The translations under genes were made by a program, and so were the position numbers. This document shows positions 1 through 8,317 of a DNA stretch of 64,000 nucleotides, piece by piece (within the stretch, counting starts at the first letter, position 1; each line of letters starts with the position of its first letter). The notes beneath the pieces were generated by a model that was not told the origin of the DNA, searched no databases, and was given only the letters and a program-made list of their open reading frames with translations. Source of the DNA: Rubripirellula sp. (GTDB lineage Bacteria > Planctomycetota > Planctomycetia > Pirellulales > Pirellulaceae); contig JARGNK010000009.1 in NCBI GenBank assembly GCA_029213145.1, forward strand, positions 27,440-91,439. Reading direction: 5' to 3'.

Positions 1-1215
1 GGCACTTCCTACAATGGCACCATTCCTCTGGCGGCTGCCACAACGGGTGTCGATGGACTCGAAGCAATCATCCCAATTGCCCCGAACACTTCTTACTACC
101 ATTACTATCGATCCAACGGCTTGGTCCGACATCCGTTCGGATACATGGGTGAGGACATTGATTACCTTTATGACTACATCCACAGCGGCAATGAACCGAA
201 GCGAGAATTCTGCGATTGCATGATCCGCGACAAAGAGATGGCAAATGGATTCGACCGCAAGAATGGCGATTACAACGATTTCTGGGCAGGACGTGACTAC
301 TTGAATGACATCAAGCCACTCAAGGCTGCGATGCTCATGGCGCATGCGTTCAATGATTGGAACGTAGTCCCCGAACACAGCGTACGGATCTACGAAGCTG
401 TCAAAGCCAAGGGCGTCCCAACGCAGGCATTCTTTCATCAGGGAGGACACGGGGGGCCACCACCAATGAAAATGATGAACCGTTGGTTCACTCGATACCT
501 ACATGGTGTCGAAAACGAAGTTGAAAAAGACCCGCGTGCTTGGATCGTCCGTGAAAACGCCGAACGTACCCAACCGACATCGTATGAAGACTACCCAAAT
601 CCGGATGCGACACCGGTTAACTTCTACCTCACTGGTGCCGCTCCGCAACGCGGCAGCCTGACCACTGATCGCCCTGCCGAGCAGGCGAACGAAACGCTTG
701 TCGACAATTTTTCTTTCAGCGGTGCCGCTTTAGCGCAAGCCGAATGGACGAATCATCGCCTCATTTATGTGACACCCAAGCTTACACAGCCTCTTCATAT
801 CTCCGGCACCCCAAGCATCACCATCAAACTCGCCAGTAACCGCCCCGCGGCGAACCTCTCCGTCTGGCTTGTCTCGTTACCCTGGTCGACAAATCGTCAA
901 GCGAAAATCACCGACAATATCATCACGCGTGGCTGGGCCGACCCGCAAAACTATCGGTCACTCACCGAGAGTGAACCACTGGTGCCGGGGCGTTTCTATG
1001 AAATGACATTCGATCTGCAACCGGACGATCAAGTGTTGCCGAAAGGCCAGCAAATTGGCCTGATGATCTTTTCTAGTGATCGTGATTTCACACTCCACCC
1101 CAACCCAGGAACGGAACTTACAATCGACGTGGGAGCAACCATGCTTCGCTTGCCCATTGTTGGGGGGAAAGATGCGTTTGCGAAAGCGCTGGTTGAACCA
1201 CAAGCAAAAAAGTGA
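1..1215 (+). CDS. Xaa-Pro dipeptidyl-peptidase (PepX/CocE-NonD family), 5'-truncated by the window edge
   Basis: Frame +1 is open from base 1 and reads GTSYNGTIPLAAATTG (GxSYxG nucleophile motif). HAFNDWNV and HQGGHG follow, then a PepX_C-like jelly-roll (LHISGTPSITIKL...FDLQPDDQVLPKGQQIGLMI). Confidence 0.85.
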   Translation, partial: GTSYNGTIPLAAATTGVDGLEAIIPIAPNTSYYHYYRSNGLVRHPFGYMGEDIDYLYDYIHSGNEPKREFCDCMIRDKEMANGFDRKNGDYNDFWAGRDYLNDIKPLKAAMLMAHAFNDWNVVPEHSVRIYEAVKAKGVPTQAFFHQGGHGGPPPMKMMNRWFTRYLHGVENEVEKDPRAWIVRENAERTQPTSYEDYPNPDATPVNFYLTGAAPQRGSLTTDRPAEQANETLVDNFSFSGAALAQAEWTNHRLIYVTPKLTQPLHISGTPSITIKLASNRPAANLSVWLVSLPWSTNRQAKITDNIITRGWADPQNYRSLTESEPLVPGRFYEMTFDLQPDDQVLPKGQQIGLMIFSSDRDFTLHPNPGTELTIDVGATMLRLPIVGGKDAFAKALVEPQAKK

Positions 1216-1271
1216 CTGATGCTGGCGGTTCATTCACAGGCATCAACACTCAAGAACACCCGGCACCAAAA

Positions 1272-1306
1272 AATATCCCACTGAAAAGGCGAATCAGTGG
1301 GATATT
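1272..1306. terminator. Rho-independent terminator between convergent pepX-like and thrC genes
   Basis: Perfect 13-bp stem AATATCCCACTGA / TCAGTGGGATATT with a 9-nt loop. The A-run immediately 5' on the + strand gives a U-tract on the minus (thrC) transcript. Confidence 0.8.
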
Positions 1307-1328
1307 GCCCTAAGTTTCCTACATTCGT

Positions 1329-2555
1329 TTACAAATCCCCGTAGTCAATTGGACGAGTACAGTCCAGCTGTGCCGTCACCGGTGGCATCGGATATTTCAA
1401 TCCGGTCGCACAATTGAATAATACGACCGATTCTTCGGCTGCAATCCGTCCGCTCGCTAACTCTTGTTGATAACCTGCGAGCGTCGCGGCCCCTTCCGGG
1501 CACAACAAGACGCCCTCTTGTTCAGCGGCTTGCCGCTGCGCGGCGAGGATTGATTCGTCGCTCACAGCAGTCGCAAAACCGTTGCTTTCTCGCACGGCAC
1601 GCAGAATCAAGAAATCGCCAATTGCAGCCGGAACGCGAATTCCAGCCGCTACCGTCGATGCATTTTCCCACAAAGGAGCGTGCTCGGCTCCTGATTCAAA
1701 AGCTCGCACGATCGGTGCGCACCCTGTCGCCTGAACCGCGACCATTCGCGGCAAAGGCCCATCGACCCATCCAATCTCCTTGAGTTCTTGGAACGCCTTC
1801 CACATCCCAATCAGCCCAGTTCCGCCGCCGGTTGGATAGAGAATGACATCGGGAAGTCGCCACCCAAACTGTTCCGCTAACTCCAACCCCATCGTCTTCT
1901 TTCCTTCGATCCGATAGGGCTCTTTGAGGGTTGAAAGATCGAACCAGTTCATCGCCTGCTTACCTTCCCCAACCAATCGACCACAGTCATTGATCAATCC
2001 GTTGACACGCCATACTTTGGCCCCCTGAGCAGCGATCTCACGGACATTGATTTCAGGGGTATCAGCAGGGCAAAATACGTACGATTCAATTTGTGCACGG
2101 GATGCATAGGCTGCAAGCGCGGCGCCCGCATTCCCATTGGTCGGCATCGCAATCCGAGAAAGCCCCAGTTCCTTTGCCATCGAAACGGCCATACATATCC
2201 CCCGAGCTTTGAACGAACCAGTCGGCAATCGGCCCTCATCCTTGACCAACAAAACGCCACGGCCCTGACTCAATCGGGGCACCGGAATAAGGGGTGTCAT
2301 CACCTCCCCAAGACTGACAATGTTGACAGGATTCCGTACCGGCAAGAATTCACGATAACGCCACAGGTCACTCGGACGGGCCAGCAGGTCTTCCTTTCGA
2401 ACCGCTTGACTGAGTGCTTGCAAATCATATTTCACCAGCAAAGGCTTTCCCGCCTTCGACAAACCATGCAACTGATCGGCAGGATAATGATCGCCCTCCA
2501 GGCCACACTCCAAGTGTGTAACGAACGTGGGATGCTGGTCAGTCGTGTTGTCCAT
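1329..2555 (-). CDS. thrC: Threonine synthase (PLP fold type II)
   Basis: PTGSFKARG (PLP lysine), TNGNAG, YRIEGKKTMGLE, YPTGGGTGLIG and CPEGAA motifs. Likely ATG at 2555 (MDNTT); the ORF track starts at 2609. Confidence 0.85.
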   Translation of the reverse strand: MDNTTDQHPTFVTHLECGLEGDHYPADQLHGLSKAGKPLLVKYDLQALSQAVRKEDLLARPSDLWRYREFLPVRNPVNIVSLGEVMTPLIPVPRLSQGRGVLLVKDEGRLPTGSFKARGICMAVSMAKELGLSRIAMPTNGNAGAALAAYASRAQIESYVFCPADTPEINVREIAAQGAKVWRVNGLINDCGRLVGEGKQAMNWFDLSTLKEPYRIEGKKTMGLELAEQFGWRLPDVILYPTGGGTGLIGMWKAFQELKEIGWVDGPLPRMVAVQATGCAPIVRAFESGAEHAPLWENASTVAAGIRVPAAIGDFLILRAVRESNGFATAVSDESILAAQRQAAEQEGVLLCPEGAATLAGYQQELASGRIAAEESVVLFNCATGLKYPMPPVTAQLDCTRPIDYGDL

Positions 2556-2841
2556 CTGTTTCCAATTACCAGAACGGGTTGGGGTACAATCTACTCGGTG
2601 GCCATTCACCTGCGGTGGGAAGTTATATCAAATTGCAAGAGTCCTAGCGGAGCTTTGCTTGCGAATCACTAACCAACCAATGACCTATGGCTGAACCGAC
2701 TGAACCAAAAATGAATCCGCCTTGCCGCGTTCGCCTGCATCATGGAATTGCATCCAGTAACAAACAGACAAACAACAACTCAACAGCGACAAACCTAATC
2801 CTCCACTCCAGACGCGCGACTCCCCGAAAATACTCTGGCAC

Positions 2842-4056
2842 ATGATTCGGAAAATCGCTCCCAGACGACCCTCAACAGGAACTAGCAACTTGTTTGAAAG
2901 GCAAAGCATCGTGACTTTTCGAGTTGCCGTCAGTATCGGCACTTTTTTTCTCCTGCTCAGTCCTCCACTGATGACACAGGCACAAAACAAACAAACTCAA
3001 GATCAGGCACCCCTTCAACCAGAGACGAAGTTCGCAGAACTAGATCGCGACAAAGCGAATGATTGGGCTGAGATGGTCTTGAAGAATATTGACATCGAAT
3101 TCCCAAACAAAATGTCTTTGGTCTACGTCGACAAAAGTCAGATTAAGTCGCCGAAGGAGAACTTCCCGGCATTCTACGGTTGCTTTGATTGGCACAGCAG
3201 TGTTCACGGCCATTGGGTTCTCGCCAGGTTGCTGCGCACCATGCCCGACCTGCCCGCTGCCCCCCGCATGCGCAACACATTGAAAAACCACCTCAGCAAA
3301 GAGAACCTATTGCAAGAAGCTGAATTTTTCGCCCGCAATGAACACAAGTCTTTTGAGCGTATGTATGGCTGGTCTTGGTACCTGAGACTCGTGATGGAAT
3401 TCGAGACATGGGACGACCCCGATGCTCAGCAGATTCGTGAAAACCTCCGACCGCTGGAGCGAATCCTACAGGAACGAATCCAAACCTACCTTCCTCTTCT
3501 TTCTTATCCAATTCGAATTGGACAGCATACAGACACCGGATTCGCACTCGGACAAATCCTCGATTACGCCAGATTGATTGACCACCCTAAGCTGATTCAA
3601 CTGGTCACCCAAAGGGCGTCGAGTTTCTATCTTGACGACCAACATTATCCTGTCGCATACGAACCCTCAGGGCATGACTTCTTTTCATCCTGCTGGAATG
3701 AAGCGGACTTGATGCGTCGCTTGCTTCCGGCTGACCAATTTGCCGATTGGCTGAATGCTTTCGTTCCTGACGCGAAACGACAACTTACTGATGGAACGAT
3801 CCAACCAGTGACGGTCACTGATATCACCGATGGCAAACTGGTGCATTTGGCCGGATTGAATCTGAACCGTGCATGGTGCTTGCGTTCTGTTGCCGAAGCC
3901 TTACCGGCGGACCATGAACTGAAAGTCCCGCTGCTCAATAGCGCGAAGCAACACTTGGACAGCGGAGTCGAATATGTCCAAAGCGGACATTACGAGGGTG
4001 ATCACTGGCTAGCCACGTTTGCCCTTTACGCGATTACCGAAGACGGAACAAACTAA
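2842..4056 (+). CDS. DUF2891-family protein with N-terminal signal/hydrophobic segment
   Basis: PAFYGCFDWHSSVHGHW, FERMYGWSW, IRIGQHTDTGF, EPSGHDFFS, HLAGLNLNRAW and YEGDHWLATFA match the DUF2891 pattern. Confidence 0.8.
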   Translation: MIRKIAPRRPSTGTSNLFERQSIVTFRVAVSIGTFFLLLSPPLMTQAQNKQTQDQAPLQPETKFAELDRDKANDWAEMVLKNIDIEFPNKMSLVYVDKSQIKSPKENFPAFYGCFDWHSSVHGHWVLARLLRTMPDLPAAPRMRNTLKNHLSKENLLQEAEFFARNEHKSFERMYGWSWYLRLVMEFETWDDPDAQQIRENLRPLERILQERIQTYLPLLSYPIRIGQHTDTGFALGQILDYARLIDHPKLIQLVTQRASSFYLDDQHYPVAYEPSGHDFFSSCWNEADLMRRLLPADQFADWLNAFVPDAKRQLTDGTIQPVTVTDITDGKLVHLAGLNLNRAWCLRSVAEALPADHELKVPLLNSAKQHLDSGVEYVQSGHYEGDHWLATFALYAITEDGTN

Positions 4057-4351
4057 TCGCAGGCCGAACAGTCAAATCCAACCGGCCGCTTCCTCGCAAA
4101 GCAGATCGCATTCACAATCATGCGGTGCGAGAGAAACGCGATGGCGGTTACGAATTACAACGAGAAGCATCAGGACACCATTCCATTGCCGTACCTAAAC
4201 GAAGATGGCAAATCGGTGAAAAAGAATTGGCTTAACAAAACGTAGCATTGCGTCACTGGAAGCATGTCGGATTGGTTGAACGAATTTCAGGTTCAACGGC
4301 GCGCACGCTCGTGAAGAATGCAAACCATTAAGGTGATTGCCCCTGCGGTGC

Positions 4352-4732
4352 TTAGTGACGCCAATGACCACCACGATGCACGTCCCAATGTCCAGGGCGA
4401 ACATGATAGTGATTGCGATGGCGAATCACCTCGGTGCGGTGCCGATCGAGGTAGGTGGGCGCATGGTAGTACGGGCGACGCCCATAATAGGTGCGTGAGT
4501 ACCCGACATGATAGGGTGAGCGATAACTCCCGTAATTGCCTACCCCGATACTTATCCCAACGCCTCCGTAGCGAATGCCTCGGTAACCAACCCCATAGCC
4601 GCTGCTGTAGCCAATGCCATAACCACTGCCATACCCGCACCCATACTGGGCTGCCGCATCAGGCGCATCGCCGGCCAAGGTAAACCCGACGGCGAGCACG
4701 GGCGCGATGATCCACTTCGTGAACGAATACAT
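4352..4732 (-). CDS. Small secreted Gly/Tyr-rich, His/Arg-rich low-complexity protein (126 aa)
   Basis: ATG at 4732 with GGAG about 8 nt upstream. Signal peptide ends AAA-Q, followed by YGxG repeats and a His/Arg-rich tail. The longer ORF-track start at 4882 looks spurious. Confidence 0.7.
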   Translation of the reverse strand: MYSFTKWIIAPVLAVGFTLAGDAPDAAAQYGCGYGSGYGIGYSSGYGVGYRGIRYGGVGISIGVGNYGSYRSPYHVGYSRTYYGRRPYYHAPTYLDRHRTEVIRHRNHYHVRPGHWDVHRGGHWRH

Positions 4733-5243
4733 GCTGATTAACTCCATCAATATGAGCGAAAAAGAGGGCTTGCGAACCAATTCGACTGGGTCCCCCAGAA
4801 CGACTCCACTAAGCAGCAACCAACGCGCCAATTCGTGAAACTCAACCGGTACCACTTCACGAACATCTATTTTCCTCAGCAAATCAGCCCGTTTTTTAAT
4901 TCAAAAGAAACAGGAAGCCCCCAATCTCCGCCCGCAACCAGAAATCCAAACCGCCATCAAAACGATCACACCCGTCACCGAAACGACGACGAATCGCAAA
5001 GGTAGGCACACCAAGGAAAACGACCAGCAGCTACATCTCCGCCTGGGCCGAAATACCCGAATGCCTAGAGGAATATCGCCATCCGTCGCCAATAAATGCC
5101 GCAAGACGCTGGCCGCAGGTGATGAGCAAATGCCTTGCCAAAGGCTTTAGCGACAGCTTCGCCGAAGTCATCTACGCCAACGTCATCTACGCTGTGCCGC
5201 AACCGCTGCTCCCAATGTGAAACCGCCGTCAACGGCCACTCAA

Positions 5244-6509
5244 TTAGCGGATGCAGTAGATTGCTTGGTCGCTTCGCAGATACAGACTTCCATCCACGAC
5301 AGCTGGCGTTCCATTGAATTGCGATTCATCCAACGGAGGATTTTGGTGCAGCACTTTCATCTCGGGTGATGCGGTAAAGACCAAAGTTCCACTCTTTCGC
5401 GTCACCACAACCAATTTGTCGCCAACAAGGATGGGAGATGCATAAACGGGACGGCCCCCGGAACGCAAACCGGCCAAGCGAGCCTTGGTGACCGTTTCGC
5501 CTGTCGTTGCGTTCATCGCGAACGCGAAACCACGATCGCTGACCCAATACAAATGACCGTCATGCAACAGCGGTGTTGCGACATAGCTACTCTCACCTGT
5601 TTCCCAAAGCCGATGCGATTCAGTGATGTTTTTTCGACCGCCACGCCGAATCGCAACGGTCTGCTGCTGAGGATAACCACCAAACGTGTAAACCGCCTCC
5701 TCGCCCACGACGACGCTAGGACTGACATTCCCGCCGGTTCCGGTTTCATAGAACCATCGCAACTTACCCGTTTTAGGATTCAAGCCCCATGTTTCACCAG
5801 GCATCGCGATGACCGCTTCGGTAACTCCGGCTTCACCTTCAACCAATACAGGAGTCGCAAAGCAAAGCTCCAAATTATTGTAGTCCGCTTTCCAGGCCTC
5901 ACTTCCATCGGCAATGTTCAGACCGATCAGTGCGCGTGCTTCTTCCGCCGCATTCACGATCAAGATATTGTCCGACAAGACGACACTTGCGCCGCTTCCC
6001 CACCGCCGGTTGCTGGACATACTTCCGACCTGTACGTGCCACAAAAGTTCGCCATCCATTGTCAAAGCAACAACGCCCGCTTTCCCAAAAAAGGCGTAAA
6101 CATTTTTCCCGTCACATGCGGCGCTTCCGCTGGCATAGCCATGCTCTGTAATAAACCCGCGATAACTATCTTCTTGGGCTGGCGCGGGAACAGAATGTGT
6201 CCAAAGCTGCTTACCTGTTTGAGCATCCGCACAGACAAGAATTCTTTCGGCTTTTTCGCCTGATTCCCCCGAGTAGCAGGTCACAAAAACTTTGCCACTG
6301 TGTAGGACCGGCGACGAGGAACCCGGCCCGGGCAAATCAAGTTTCCAGGCGACGTTGGTATCAGCATCCCACGTCATCACCACGTCACTTGCCGCCTTGC
6401 CCTGGCCATCAGGACCGCGAAATCGCTCCCAATTTTCGCCCGCTATGCAAGACGCAGACAGTAGGACCAACAGGCAAATCAAGTTTCTGGCAATCGCGAT
6501 CCGCATCAT
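5244..6509 (-). CDS. PQQ-binding-like (BamB-like) beta-propeller protein, secreted
   Basis: Signal peptide, then ENWERFRGPDGQG, WKLDLPGPGSSSPV, repeated G-x-x-x-W docking motifs and YASPILVGDKL. Likely ATG at 6509. Confidence 0.85.
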   Translation of the reverse strand: MMRIAIARNLICLLVLLSASCIAGENWERFRGPDGQGKAASDVVMTWDADTNVAWKLDLPGPGSSSPVLHSGKVFVTCYSGESGEKAERILVCADAQTGKQLWTHSVPAPAQEDSYRGFITEHGYASGSAACDGKNVYAFFGKAGVVALTMDGELLWHVQVGSMSSNRRWGSGASVVLSDNILIVNAAEEARALIGLNIADGSEAWKADYNNLELCFATPVLVEGEAGVTEAVIAMPGETWGLNPKTGKLRWFYETGTGGNVSPSVVVGEEAVYTFGGYPQQQTVAIRRGGRKNITESHRLWETGESSYVATPLLHDGHLYWVSDRGFAFAMNATTGETVTKARLAGLRSGGRPVYASPILVGDKLVVVTRKSGTLVFTASPEMKVLHQNPPLDESQFNGTPAVVDGSLYLRSDQAIYCIR

Positions 6510-6711
6510 AACATTCCCCAAAATCAGTTGTCCTACAGCAGAATAAAAGCTTGAACCATCCAGTTCACCCAAAGTTCCGCGCGGAGTACCAAACCTCCGC
6601 CACAGCGAAAATCCCCAGCTCGCCCAGCATTTGAACTGCTGGCAATTCAAAATCATTCGATTCAAAAACCTCGCGATTCAAGCATACGTATCCGAGTGCA
6701 GCACAACAGAG

Positions 6712-8106
6712 TCAGGCCAACAATTGCTTGATCGGGCCGAGTTGATCGATGTGATTCAGACCGACATCGGGAGCCCCAAAATGCTCAACAGGATTACCGC
6801 AGGCATTCAGGAGCGTCGTATACCAGTTGCCCAAGGTCTTGTGTCCAACATCTCCATAATTCGGCAATCGAATGTACCGGCCGCCAAGGTTCAATTTCGC
6901 GTTATCACCAGCCAACACAATGAACGGGTACTCAGTACCGTGGGAGTGGTGTGTTTCACCACCATCAGGAAAATAAAAAATCATCGTATTGTCGAACATG
7001 CTTCCACCAGCTTCCGGCACACTCTTTAGACGTGACACGATACGCTCCGCTAATGTCATATGGTGATGACGACAAAGCTTGCGAATCTCCTCCGCCTCCA
7101 AGCCTCCGATCATTTTTCCGTGCCCCACGTCGTGCATGTTCACCTTTTGTCCTTCGATTCCGGGAATCCCCGTGTACGAATGCCCGAGCTCATCCACCGT
7201 GAACGCTGCAACATTGGTCAAACCAGAAATCAATGCACCGAGCAAAACTTCCGCATGGCCAATTTGCCGGTCAAACGTACTCACGTCGGCATCCAAGTAT
7301 TTGGGATCGAGTTCTGGCACGTGGCGACGAATCACATCCGCCATCTCGTCAATTTTGCGGTTACGACGACGGATGACTTCCACTGAATCAGAGTAATTTG
7401 TGAGCTTCGCTTTCTCGATTCCGTGTAGCGTTTGCGCCGCAGCATTCTCATTCGATGCGACAAATTCGAGCAACTTACGATCAAGCTGATATTGCGTCTG
7501 AGCTGTTTTTTCAAGCGAGACCGATTTAAACAATTCTGCCAAAGCAACACGTGGCGATCCAAACGCGTAATTCGGCTGCTGTGGCCCGCGGGCCGAGAAC
7601 CCCTTCGCAATGCCATCGAGTGCGCCACGAGCATTACCACCCCCGAGTGGAAAACAGGCCAATTCGATGTGCTCAACCGGAGAGGGAAAAAGCTTGGCAA
7701 GTTCAAAATCAACGGTGGCCCACTTGATCGAACTGATCCGCTCATTCGCTTTAAAAACACCGAGCGACGAACACCATGAGTGATGCCCCGTGGTGCACAT
7801 CTTCCCCGACAGTCCCTGCAAAATGGTCAGGTTGTTCACGTGGCTAGCAAGTGGACTCATCCATTCAGGTAGCTCATGCCCTGCCAGATCGACTTCGTAC
7901 GCCGCTTTTTGCTTTTCCTTCTGCATCAATTTCGAATCAAAGCTGGGCGGAACCATCACCCGAGGCCACAGCCCATTGCCGCGATGCATAAAAATGAACC
8001 GCATGGGAGGTTGCCCCGGTGCCGCCAGCAGACGATTGGGATTCATCCACGCCATTGCACCGGCGGTAAACAATCCTGTCCTTAAAAAGTCACGACGCGT
8101 TGTCAT
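6712..8106 (-). CDS. DUF1552 domain protein with Tat signal (copy 1)
   Basis: TRRDFLR twin-arginine leader; GLSGKMCTTGHHSW, MHDVGH and DGGETHH motifs; C-terminal LGNWYTTLLNACG. Confidence 0.8.
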   Translation of the reverse strand: MTTRRDFLRTGLFTAGAMAWMNPNRLLAAPGQPPMRFIFMHRGNGLWPRVMVPPSFDSKLMQKEKQKAAYEVDLAGHELPEWMSPLASHVNNLTILQGLSGKMCTTGHHSWCSSLGVFKANERISSIKWATVDFELAKLFPSPVEHIELACFPLGGGNARGALDGIAKGFSARGPQQPNYAFGSPRVALAELFKSVSLEKTAQTQYQLDRKLLEFVASNENAAAQTLHGIEKAKLTNYSDSVEVIRRRNRKIDEMADVIRRHVPELDPKYLDADVSTFDRQIGHAEVLLGALISGLTNVAAFTVDELGHSYTGIPGIEGQKVNMHDVGHGKMIGGLEAEEIRKLCRHHHMTLAERIVSRLKSVPEAGGSMFDNTMIFYFPDGGETHHSHGTEYPFIVLAGDNAKLNLGGRYIRLPNYGDVGHKTLGNWYTTLLNACGNPVEHFGAPDVGLNHIDQLGPIKQLLA

Positions 8107-8317
8107 TCGTTTCCTCGTTGCGATCGGTTAAACGCCTGATCAGCTTCTAATCGGATGGTCCGTCAACAGTATGCTTGAAAGATCTTACTTTGCCGATGTG
8201 TGAAACAGCTTGATTTCCAAGACACGCGTGATAATGGGTGGCGAACGTGACAAAGGGTGGCGAACGGCAGCAAGCGTACACGGACTAACGGATCGGTCCA
8301 AAAATCCTCACGCTCAG

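Noticed and set aside
2608-2620. 13-nt match ACCTGCGGTGGGA shared with ~30626
   Set aside because: Tens of 13-mer matches are expected by chance in 64 kb, and the flanks do not align.
2091-2672. 193-aa antisense ORF over thrC, representative of many 60-240-aa overlapping ORFs in the track
   Set aside because: They overlap well-supported genes, carry no recognisable motifs, and are expected by chance at this GC content.
5244-6509. Calling the PQQ-like propellers bamB or a quinoprotein dehydrogenase
   Set aside because: This repeat family is highly expanded in planctomycetes. There is no Bam operon context and no recognisable dehydrogenase catalytic motif, so no gene symbol was assigned.
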